DNA from: an uncultured Verrucomicrobiae bacterium
GTDB taxonomy: Bacteria > Verrucomicrobiota > Verrucomicrobiia > Limisphaerales > Palsa-1400
Assembly: GCA_963764165.1 (NCBI GenBank)
Contig: CAVXRD010000002.1
Location: 2,912,001 to 2,976,000, forward strand
Direction: 5' to 3'
Length of the DNA stretch: 64,000 bases
Positions 40,733 through 49,318 of the stretch are shown piece by piece. The notes under the pieces were generated by a model. The model made no database searches. It saw only the letters and a program-made list of their open reading frames with translations, and was not told the origin of the DNA. The translations under genes and the position numbers were made by a program. The first letter of the stretch is position 1; every line of letters starts with the position of its first letter.

Positions 40733-42178
40733 GCCGAAATACGGACGGATTCCACTGGCTTCTTTGGATCCTGCACCATGGCATCCAGAATGGCCTGAAA
40801 TTCCGCGAGGAATTTGCTGATGGTGGAGGATGCAAACATCTGGGTGTTGTATTCAAAAGTGATTTCAAGCGCTGGCTCGACTCTTAGCCAGACGTTCAAA
40901 TCGTATTTTGCCGTTGGGGTGTCCACCGACGACCATTCCACTTTCAATCCTGGTATCTGCCATTGCTCTTTGGGTGCGTTTTGCAGGACGAACATCACCT
41001 GGCAGGGCGCTTGGGGGCTCCGCCCGTTCTCCTCGGCCATTTCTGTCAATAACATGCCGAGGGGCTGCTCCTGGTTGGACCATGTTTTCAGCGACACCTC
41101 CTTGACGCGGTTGAGCAGTTCGCTGAAGGTCGGGTTTCCGGACAAACTGGTGCGAAGAATGGTCGAATTGCCAAAGCGCCCGATCAATCCTTCCACTTCT
41201 TCCAGCGGACGATTGGCCACGCACGAGCCCACTCCAATCTCTTCATGGCCGGAGTAACGGTGGAGGAGGCAGGTGAATCCAGCGAGGAGAACCATGAAGA
41301 GGCTCACACGCTGCTGGCGGCACAACAAGTTCAGCGCGTCTGCTTGAGCCGCCGATAGAACCGCCTTCTGGCGGGCCCCGGCGTGAACGTTCCGTGCTGG
41401 CTGCGGAAAATCTGTTGGCAGATGCTGAAAGCCCGTCGGCGAGTCCAGTTGTTGCTTGCAATACTCTTGCTGCAATTTCCATTCCGGAGTCTGGAGCTGC
41501 TTTTGCTGCCAGCGCACGAAATCGCCGGTACTGATAACGCGCGGGGCTGCCCGACGGTGTAGTTCCTTCCGCAAACGCGCGGTAGAGCCCGCCCAATTCG
41601 TGGATCAGAACCCCGTTGGACCAATCGTCATAAGTGAGATGATGCGTTGTCAACTGCAAAACATGCTCGTCCGGCTGCAGGCGCATCAGCTTTGCGCGCA
41701 GCATCGGGCCGTTCGCCAAATAGAATGGCTGCCGGGCTTCGGCATGCGCGGCCACCTGCAATTGCTGGTTCTTTTCCCCGGCCGAACCGCTCAATTGCGT
41801 GGCGGAGAGAGCGAACGGCTGCGGAGCCAAAATAATTTGAATCAGCTTGCCTTCCATGACTCGAAAAACCGAACGCAGCACGCTGTGGCGGCGGACCAGT
41901 TCCTGAAGACTTTGCCGCAAGGCGCTTTCGTTCAGCGGGCCCCGGATGCGCAGGAGATGTGAAAAATTATAAACGGCGCTGTCCGATCCGGCCGGATCTT
42001 CAAACCATGTTCTTTGCTGGAAAAACCAAAGGGGCATTACAAAGGCATCGTCGATTTGCAGCCCCGGATTTTGCTTTCGAACGGTCGTCAGCAATTCTTC
42101 GGGGATGCTGGCGGGCTTCCGGGTTCGGTGGAACGTCTCTGGAACGCCGGCAAAAAGTTCGGTGAGGTAGGCAATCAT
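40729..42178 (-). pseudogene. Stand-alone NRPS condensation domain, split by a +1 frameshift near 41527
   Basis: Upstream frame has LVRRHSVLRS, HHLTYDD and ends ..PARYQY; downstream frame continues GDFVRWQ..LPTDFP..ANRP..EGLIGRFGN..AKYDL. One extra base (TAC-C-GGC-GAT); removing it gives about 482 aa. Confidence 0.8.
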
Positions 42179-42179
42179 A

Positions 42180-43478
42180 TTAAATGGTCTCCTGCGGCGG
42201 GCTTGCGGTGGCGGCGCAAGTTCCAGGCGCCACCCTGGTGAGGTTGACTGGCAATGAGGTGAGGCCACGAATTCCCAGGTTGGTCCGCCAGACAAGCGGG
42301 CCGGGTTCCAGCGCCCAATGCGGGAACCGTTTCAGCATTTCTTCAAAGACAATTTGCGCTTCGACGCGGGCCAGCGGTCCGCCGAAGCAGACGTGGGCGC
42401 CCGACCCGAAGGCGACGTGGCGGTTGTCCGCTCGCGCCACATCCAGCGCGTCCGGGTTCGGAAACCGCTCGGGGTCGCGATTGGCCGCCGCCATGACGGC
42501 GATGACGGCCTGGCCCTTCCGAATCTTCTTTCCGTCGAAAAGGACTTCGTCCGGGGCGATGCGCGCTGTGTGCTGCACCGGGCTTTCGTAACGAAGCAAT
42601 TCCTCCACGGCCGAAGGGAGCAAGCCAGGGTTCCCGCGCAATTTTGCAAGCTGGCCGGGATTTCGCAGCAGCGTGAGCGTCCCGCTGGCGACCAAATTCG
42701 TGGTGGTTTCCTGGCCGCCAATCATCGTGATGATGCAATTGGCGATGACTTCCTCTTCTGTCAAACGATCACCGTTAATTTCCGCGTTCGTCAACGCGCC
42801 GACAAGCCCGTCGGGCCGCAACTTCTCTTTGCGCATGGCGGAACGAAAATAGGCTGTCATGTCCTCGGTGCTCTTGAGGATTCTCGGCACGCAATCGGCG
42901 TCGTGCTCGAAATTGCCCAGCATTTCGGCGAAATCTTCTGACCAGACCTTTAGCTGGGGATGGTCTTCCACTGGAACGCCGAGCATTTCGGCAGTCACAA
43001 TGCAAGGGAGCGGCTCGGCAAGGTCTGCAACCAGATCCACAGTTCCCTTCCCCGCCACCTTTCCGAGCAAATCGCTGACGATATCGCGTATATGCGAGCG
43101 CAACGCTTCCACGCGCTGCGGCGTAAAGGCGGCAGCCGCCAACCCCCGGATGCGCCGATGCCCCGGCGGATCCATGAATAGCATTTGCTTGACCATGATC
43201 TTGGCCATCGGAGTCAATTCGGTGAGGTCCAGGGCGGCAAGCTGTTCCGGGGTGCGAATTCGCTGCGCTGAAAAATCGCGGAGAACGCGGACCACATCCG
43301 GGTAACGCGTGACGACCCATGAATGCATGTAGGGATCCCAAAAAACAGGCTGTTCCGTGCGGAGCCTATTGTAGAGAGGATAAGGGTTGGCCAATACATT
43401 TGGGTCCAACAAATGGAAGAGGCTTAGTTCCGAAGCATCCTTGCTTGAAGTGGTTTGATTTGGTCCTTTTGTGATCAC
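42180..43478 (-). CDS. Cytochrome P450
   Basis: I-helix GGQETT, ExxR (ELLR), AANRDP, haem loop FGSGAHVCFG. Confidence 0.95.
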   Translation of the reverse strand: MITKGPNQTTSSKDASELSLFHLLDPNVLANPYPLYNRLRTEQPVFWDPYMHSWVVTRYPDVVRVLRDFSAQRIRTPEQLAALDLTELTPMAKIMVKQMLFMDPPGHRRIRGLAAAAFTPQRVEALRSHIRDIVSDLLGKVAGKGTVDLVADLAEPLPCIVTAEMLGVPVEDHPQLKVWSEDFAEMLGNFEHDADCVPRILKSTEDMTAYFRSAMRKEKLRPDGLVGALTNAEINGDRLTEEEVIANCIITMIGGQETTTNLVASGTLTLLRNPGQLAKLRGNPGLLPSAVEELLRYESPVQHTARIAPDEVLFDGKKIRKGQAVIAVMAAANRDPERFPNPDALDVARADNRHVAFGSGAHVCFGGPLARVEAQIVFEEMLKRFPHWALEPGPLVWRTNLGIRGLTSLPVNLTRVAPGTCAATASPPQETI

Positions 43479-43497
43479 GTGGAAGAAGTATGCGGGG

Positions 43498-45336
43498 TTA
43501 GCCTGGCAGACAAGCTACCTGCAAACATTCGTGGTCCTTCGGCTGCGCGCGCTTGGGACTCTGCTGCAGCCGTTCGATCTCCGCTGCCAATTCCGCCACA
43601 GTAGGGCCGGCAAACAAGGTGCGAAGACTCATCTCCAATCCGCAAATGCGGCGGAGCCGGGCAATGAGCTGCGCGCCCACCAGCGAGTGGGCGCCCATCG
43701 CGAAGAAATTTTCTTCCACATCCACACGCGGCAATCCAAGCAAGCTCCCCAAAATATCGGCCACCGTTTTCTCCAACTCCGTCCTGGGAGCGGTGAACGC
43801 ATGATCTTGCAGCGTGTTCTCCTCGTTCGGAAGGGGCAGTTGAGACCTGCTTGGCTTCCCGTTGGCGGAAAGCGGCAGGCTGTCCAGCTTCACGAAAATG
43901 TCGGGTATCATGTAATCCGGCAGACGAACCCGAAGGAAATCGCGCAACTCACTTGGCGTGGGTGTGCCGTCACGGGCAGGGACAATGTATGCCACGAGAC
44001 GCTTTTCCCCTGCGCCAGCTTGAACCCCCACGACCAAGCTCTGCACCACTTGCGGATGGCGATTCAGCGCGGCGGCAATTTCATTTGGCTCGATGCGAAA
44101 GCCTCGCACTTTGATTTGATCGTCCTTGCGCCCCGCGAAGGCTATTTGCCCGTCAGGCAGGAATTTGGCCGCGTCCCCAGTTTTGAACATTCGCCCACCC
44201 GTTGGGCTGGTCGAGTCGGCAACAAATCGCTTGGCGGTCAACTCCGGCCGATTTCGGTAGCCTCGCGCGACGCACGCGCCGCCAATATAGAGTTCACCTT
44301 CGGTCCCCCCTGCCACCGGCTGTCCCGCGTCATCCAAGATATAAATTTGCGCGCTGGATATGGGCCAGCCGATGGTCGGAAGTCCGTCCTTCGCGTCTCC
44401 AGGCAGAACACGGCCTGAAGTGGCCACCACCGTGCATTCGGTCGGGCCGTAATTGTTAATCAATTGAAAAGGCACTCCCTCGGGTGGGTAGCGGTGAAGC
44501 GTGTCAGCCCCGGTGAGCAAATAGCGCAAGGCTGTTTGCCGCGGCCAGGGCAAGGTCAGCAAAAGCTCCGCCAAGGGCGTTGGCGCGAAGCTGATTGTGA
44601 TCCGCTCCGCCACCAGCCAATCGCGCAAAGCAACAGCATCACCCGCCAGTTGAGGGCCGGCAATGTAAACCGAGGCGCCGGTAGCCAAGTAAGGCCAGAT
44701 TTCCCAACCGGCGGCGTCAAAACCAAAATTGGCAATTTGACTTGCCCGGTCATCGGAGGTGACTTGGAATGCTTGTTGATGCCAGGAGACGAGGCTCAGG
44801 AGGTTTTCTTGCGTGACTTCGACCCCGTTCGGCTCGCCAGTGGAACCGGACGTGTAGATCACGTAGGCGAGGCGATCCAGTCCAGCCTCGGGAAGTGCGG
44901 CGGTGGATTCTGTTGGATTAGCGCCTTCCAAAATTTTTCCTTCGGCATCTAGAACGATGGTTGGCCATTCGCCTTTGGGGGCCTTGTCTTCGTTGCCTTC
45001 GCCTGCCACCAAGACCGAGATCTGAGCGTCCTTTGCCATGAAAGCCAGCCGCGCCGCCGGATTAAGCGCATCCAGCGGAAGGTAAGCTCCGCCCGCCTTC
45101 CAAACGGCCAAGGCAGCGATCACCATTGCCGGCGAGCGTTGCATGCACACGCCCACGACGGTTTCAGGTTTGACTCCAAAGCTTCTCAGCACATGGGCCA
45201 AGGCGGCAGCCCGCTCGTCCAATTCGTTGTACGTTAAATAACGGGCACCGTAGGCTAGCGCTATGGCATCCGGCTTGGAGGCGGCTTGGAAAGCCACGAG
45301 TTGGTCAATTGAATGGCTGGCAATAATAGAATTCAT
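43498..45336 (-). CDS. NRPS adenylation-PCP didomain (predicted Leu)
   Basis: LTYNEL, YTSGSTG, FDAA, NNYGPTE, GELYIGG, FKTGD, KVRGFRIE, NGK; PCP NFFAMGAHSL. Specificity code by manual alignment to GrsA is DAWFLGNVVK. Confidence 0.92.
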   Translation of the reverse strand: MNSIIASHSIDQLVAFQAASKPDAIALAYGARYLTYNELDERAAALAHVLRSFGVKPETVVGVCMQRSPAMVIAALAVWKAGGAYLPLDALNPAARLAFMAKDAQISVLVAGEGNEDKAPKGEWPTIVLDAEGKILEGANPTESTAALPEAGLDRLAYVIYTSGSTGEPNGVEVTQENLLSLVSWHQQAFQVTSDDRASQIANFGFDAAGWEIWPYLATGASVYIAGPQLAGDAVALRDWLVAERITISFAPTPLAELLLTLPWPRQTALRYLLTGADTLHRYPPEGVPFQLINNYGPTECTVVATSGRVLPGDAKDGLPTIGWPISSAQIYILDDAGQPVAGGTEGELYIGGACVARGYRNRPELTAKRFVADSTSPTGGRMFKTGDAAKFLPDGQIAFAGRKDDQIKVRGFRIEPNEIAAALNRHPQVVQSLVVGVQAGAGEKRLVAYIVPARDGTPTPSELRDFLRVRLPDYMIPDIFVKLDSLPLSANGKPSRSQLPLPNEENTLQDHAFTAPRTELEKTVADILGSLLGLPRVDVEENFFAMGAHSLVGAQLIARLRRICGLEMSLRTLFAGPTVAELAAEIERLQQSPKRAQPKDHECLQVACLPG

Positions 45337-45627
45337 TTCAAAGATTAGCGGCTGAGGGAAATCATTTGACTACTCCTGTCAAACGTCTCAATCGCTATCG
45401 CACGAACCGTTCCCTCAGAGCGCCGGTTCGTCAACGCAGGTAAATACCTCAGCCATGGTCGGTTAAGCATGTAAGGCTCGTTTCCGACAGCGGATCAGGG
45501 GAAAGTCTGGAGTGGCTTCAAGTAAGATCCTCTAGCAGCGGTGTAATGGGTCCATCACCGCTGGCGGAGCCGTCAACTTCGCAAATTTGCGCTTGTCAGA
45601 CGTTATATTTAAGAAAATATATCGCGC

Positions 45628-46530
45628 ATGAATTCTAAGACGTCAAATGGTTACGGTTCCAAATTGACAAGGCTTGCGGCCAAGTGCGCCGTTCTTGTCG
45701 CCACCGCAATTTCCACCGCGCTCCACGCCCAGGACGCGTCAAGTGACACGAACATGGCGCCAGGCGGGAATTATTTTGAAAATTGGTTCGCCCGCGTGTC
45801 GAAAATTCAATCCGAGCAGCCGCATTGGATTACGCCGATGACGACCGTCACGCCCCGGCTGGAGGAGGAAGTGCGTTACGACCAATCGTGGGAGACGACT
45901 TCCTCGCACGTCCACCTGACCAGTTACGATTACGGGAAGGGCCTGGAACTCATCCCCTGCGAAAATGTCGAAGTCATACTCGGCTATCCGGCGTGGCAGA
46001 GCCGGAACAAAGGCGACGAACGCGACGGGTTTGCCGACGATAATTTCCTGCTGAAATACCGCATCGCCTCCGCCAACGAGGAGAACGGCAATTATATCGT
46101 CACGGGGTTTCTCGGCCTGGGCGTCCCGACCGGCAGCAAAGGCAACACGACCGACAATTACACTGTCACGCCCACCATCGCGGCGGGCAAAGGCTGGCGA
46201 GATTTCGACATACAGAGCACGCTGGGTGTGGCCTTGCCGGACAATCTCACCGCGCCGGGCGGGGCCGGGACGCCGATACTTTTTAACACCGCCTTCCAAT
46301 ATCGCGTGCTCAAAGTCCTGTGGCCGGAGTTGGATGTCAATTATACCTACTGGCCCAATGGAGAGCATCTCGGACTGAACCAGGTCTTCCTGACACCGAG
46401 CTTTCTAATCGGGCGCCTGCCGATTTGGGAGCGCGTCGGAATGACAATTGGCCTTGGGTATCAAATTGCGGTCACGGATCATCCGACATACAACCACAAC
46501 TTTATCGTCTCCGCCCGCATTCCGTTTTGA
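45628..46530 (+). CDS. Putative outer-membrane beta-barrel/transporter protein
   Basis: Signal peptide, QPHWITP..TVTPRLEEE motif, alternating beta-strand pattern, C-terminal Phe. Confidence 0.6.
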   Translation: MNSKTSNGYGSKLTRLAAKCAVLVATAISTALHAQDASSDTNMAPGGNYFENWFARVSKIQSEQPHWITPMTTVTPRLEEEVRYDQSWETTSSHVHLTSYDYGKGLELIPCENVEVILGYPAWQSRNKGDERDGFADDNFLLKYRIASANEENGNYIVTGFLGLGVPTGSKGNTTDNYTVTPTIAAGKGWRDFDIQSTLGVALPDNLTAPGGAGTPILFNTAFQYRVLKVLWPELDVNYTYWPNGEHLGLNQVFLTPSFLIGRLPIWERVGMTIGLGYQIAVTDHPTYNHNFIVSARIPF

Positions 46531-46556
46531 GCACGCGGCTATTTCAAAAACCTTCT

Positions 46557-46997
46557 CTAAGCTGGAATTACGGCCCGCAGGCCGGCTGCGTTCGCCAACG
46601 TGAATTGATCCTTATCAAAGGTCACAAAGGTGGCAGCCCGGATTTCCAACGCCGCTGCGATATGCCAGAGATCGAGTGACCGGCAGGAGTATGTCCAACC
46701 AAATTGGTCGGCCACGGCTTCTGCCTGACGCAACGTCTCCGTCCATTCAAGAGATTGATGAATCAATGTGCCGTCACCCAAATCTTCTTCCATGCTGCGC
46801 AGAACAAGACGACCCGTAGCCTGGGTAATTAACCCGCTATAAACACACTGGCGAACCGTCGTTCGCAATTCCAATCGGTGGAGAGGTGTAAAAAGGATTG
46901 GTTCACGATGGCGCGCCCGATGGCGAAGCGCCGCAGATGTGTGGTCATTCGGCACGTAAAGAGCAACGAGGCAGGATGTATCTAAATAAGTTTTCAA
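46557..46997 (-). CDS. vapC: PIN-domain (VapC-family) toxin
   Basis: YLDTSCLVALY, RSLDLWHIAAA, FVTFDKDQ. Confidence 0.88.
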   Translation of the reverse strand: MKTYLDTSCLVALYVPNDHTSAALRHRARHREPILFTPLHRLELRTTVRQCVYSGLITQATGRLVLRSMEEDLGDGTLIHQSLEWTETLRQAEAVADQFGWTYSCRSLDLWHIAAALEIRAATFVTFDKDQFTLANAAGLRAVIPA

Positions 46998-47227
46998 CGA
47001 CGGACGCGCTGAAGCACTTCGGACACCCCGGGAATCGGTTTTCGGGAAATGCGATTAAGTCGGGCTCGAAACGTCGCCACCGATTTGCCCGGTTTGGGTT
47101 TGGAAGCCGGAACGAGGACAATCCAAGGTTTGCCACTGTCAGTGACCATGACCTTTTCCCCTGAATGCGCCAAGTCCGCGATTCTGTCAAATTCCTGACT
47201 TGCTTCCTGTTTTGTGACTGTTCTCAC
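46994..47227 (-). CDS. Phd/YefM-family antitoxin
   Basis: VRTVTKQEA..F.RI.D.A..GE.V.VT..GKP...LVP pattern; overlaps the PIN start. Confidence 0.75.
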   Translation of the reverse strand: MRTVTKQEASQEFDRIADLAHSGEKVMVTDSGKPWIVLVPASKPKPGKSVATFRARLNRISRKPIPGVSEVLQRVRR

Positions 47228-47431
47228 CCGATCCACACTGCGATAAACTGCGGAAATTGCAAGCGATTCCATGCGATCAGGTCTGCGCCTGCAGCCTGAT
47301 TTTGACCGCGATCCCAAGTGCCCGGGTGGCCTAGAGCGACGCTGCTGTTCGAGACGGCTTTAATATCGAGTCCTCAAAACAGTCAGGGCTTGCGCTTTGG
47401 CTCTTTTGGCCCATATTCGCTTAACATATTT

Positions 47432-47857
47432 ATGCAGACCACTATTACTCAAACCGACGACGCTGTGCGCCAAAAGACTTTGGATTTGTGCGAGACGATC
47501 GTCAGCCAACCCAAATTCCTGAGCATCCGCGAGCGTATTGAGGCATTCTCGGCCGATTCGCGCGCCCAGCAGCAATATCAGAGCTTGAGCGAGAAGGGCC
47601 GCGCCCTTCACGAGCGCCAGCATCAGGGTCTTGCGCTGGATCCCAAGGAAGTCGCCGCCTTTGACAAGGAGCGCGATGCTTTCCTCGCGAATCCCGTCGC
47701 CAAGAATTTTATTGAGGCGCAGGAAGAGATGCACGAATTGCAGCAGGAAGTTCAGCAAATCGTCAGCAAGACGTTTGAACTCGGCCGCGTTCCAAGCGAA
47801 GCCGATTTGCAGGCGGAAGACGGTTCCTGCGGGCACGGCTGCGGCTGCCATCATTAA
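47432..47857 (+). CDS. YlbF/YmcA (RicF/RicA)-like regulator
   Basis: Helical, LANPVAKNFIEAQEEM; C-terminal Cys/His tail SCGHGCGCHH. Confidence 0.7.
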   Translation: MQTTITQTDDAVRQKTLDLCETIVSQPKFLSIRERIEAFSADSRAQQQYQSLSEKGRALHERQHQGLALDPKEVAAFDKERDAFLANPVAKNFIEAQEEMHELQQEVQQIVSKTFELGRVPSEADLQAEDGSCGHGCGCHH

Positions 47858-47863
47858 TCGGAT

Positions 47864-48199
47864 TTATACGGCGGACTTCGTTTCCGCCGCCAGCCAGGCG
47901 AGGTAACGCTTGCTTCCGCTCTCCAGCGGCACAACGAGAAATTCTGGTGTGTCGTAAGGGTGAGATTTAAGAATAACCTGCTCGAGTTTCTTGAGCAGGT
48001 TTTTTCGCGTCTTGAACAGGATCAAAACTTCCTTGCCCGATTCCATTTTTCCCTGCCACCAATAATGCGATTCCAGCGCCGGAATCAAATTCGCGCAGGC
48101 AACCAGGCGAGATTCGAGCGCGACCTTTGCAACGCGCCGGGCCGTTTTCAAATCCGGTGCGCTCACCAGCACAACTCGAAATGCCGCCGCTGATTTCAC
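47864..48199 (-). CDS. cutA: Divalent-cation tolerance protein CutA
   Basis: LVACANLIP..SHYWWQG, HPYDTPE. Confidence 0.9.
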   Translation of the reverse strand: MKSAAAFRVVLVSAPDLKTARRVAKVALESRLVACANLIPALESHYWWQGKMESGKEVLILFKTRKNLLKKLEQVILKSHPYDTPEFLVVPLESGSKRYLAWLAAETKSAV

Positions 48200-48210
48200 C
48201 CGACGCAAGA

Positions 48211-48312
48211 GGTAGGGACGCCTCGCCGAGGCGTCCGGTTGCGTGTGGATTTTATCGTGGGTCTCGCATGCATAATGCCTCACCCCGGACGCCTCGGCGA
48301 GGCGTCCCTGCC
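48211..48312. repeat. REP doublet (REPIN-like)
   Basis: Inverted REP pair. Confidence 0.9.
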
Positions 48313-48337
48313 ACTGAACTGTGTGTCGCGCGGCATC

Positions 48338-48667
48338 TCAAACAAAAGTCAGCGGGCCGTCGTAAACTGTCAAACTAATTACCTCCGTCCGTGCGATGTG
48401 CGGGCCGCGCAATTCGCCGCGCGGGGAGAAGAAAAATGCGCCGGTGGTATAGATCACGCCCTCCTCTTCCCACTCGCCGGACAGAACGTAGACAAACTCG
48501 TTGGCCTGAGGATGGATATGCGCGGGGACGGTTGTGCCTGCATGAAATTTCCGCAGGAAGGTCACGCCCTGGGTTTCCTCGTTGGTGTGCAGCTCCAGCA
48601 GTTCCACACCTGGATAAGGGCCGGGCTTCCATTTTTTCTCCCCTGCGATGCTGACGTGTTGAAACAT
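48338..48667 (-). CDS. Cupin-domain protein (ChrR-like)
   Basis: PAHIHP..NEFVYVLSG...P.G..RGPH. Confidence 0.8.
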   Translation of the reverse strand: MFQHVSIAGEKKWKPGPYPGVELLELHTNEETQGVTFLRKFHAGTTVPAHIHPQANEFVYVLSGEWEEEGVIYTTGAFFFSPRGELRGPHIARTEVISLTVYDGPLTFV

Positions 48668-48742
48668 AGGAATACGACGTTTTAATTTGATCCCGAATCG
48701 GTTTCAACGTTCACTCAAACCGCCATGCTGGCAAATTAAAAT

Positions 48743-49315
48743 ATGCTGCTGTTTCGCGAACGCATTCCCGCGGACTGGCTGCCGAAGGTGCTGGCCAATC
48801 TGCCCGCCGTGCTGGTGGATCACGCCCACCTCGAGCGCAAAGCGGCGACGACTGCCTTGAACCTCGAAAAATACCGCGATCTCTACGGGCGGGTGGATGA
48901 GTTGAACGCCATCGCCATCGAGGAGTTGCAGCATTTCCAACTCGTCCTGCAATTGCTGCGGGCGCGCGGCATTCCCTTCGGCCAGCCATTTCCCAGTCCG
49001 TGGATTTCTGGCTTGATGCGAAGCGTCCGAAACGGCCAGCGCCATCAAGTCATCGATCACCTGATTTGCTGCGCGCTGATCGAAGGGCGAAGCTGCGAGA
49101 AATTCCAAGTCCTGTCGCGCGAACTGGGGGAGATTGATGCGGAGTTGGCGAAATTTTACGGGAGCCTTGTGGAGTCGGAAGGCAACCATTACGCGACCTA
49201 CATTCTCATGGCCCGCGCGGTGGATGACGCGGAAACAGATCGGCGCCTCGATTTCTATCTCGACCTTGATGCGCAATTGATTCGGCAGGGAAGTCCAATG
49301 CCGATATTGCACTAA
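48743..49315 (+). CDS. miaE: tRNA-(ms2io6A37) hydroxylase
   Basis: DHAHLERKAA, EELQHF, ALIEGRSCEKF, SEGNH diiron motifs. Confidence 0.88.
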   Translation: MLLFRERIPADWLPKVLANLPAVLVDHAHLERKAATTALNLEKYRDLYGRVDELNAIAIEELQHFQLVLQLLRARGIPFGQPFPSPWISGLMRSVRNGQRHQVIDHLICCALIEGRSCEKFQVLSRELGEIDAELAKFYGSLVESEGNHYATYILMARAVDDAETDRRLDFYLDLDAQLIRQGSPMPILH

Positions 49316-49318
49316 GAA

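Noticed and set aside
41515..41540. Programmed ribosomal frameshift in the C-domain gene
   Set aside because: No slippery heptamer or homopolymer at the junction; mutation or sequencing error is more likely.
40068..47227. Calling the TA-flanked block a mobile element
   Set aside because: No integrase, transposase, tRNA target or flanking direct repeats were found; kept only as a hypothesis.
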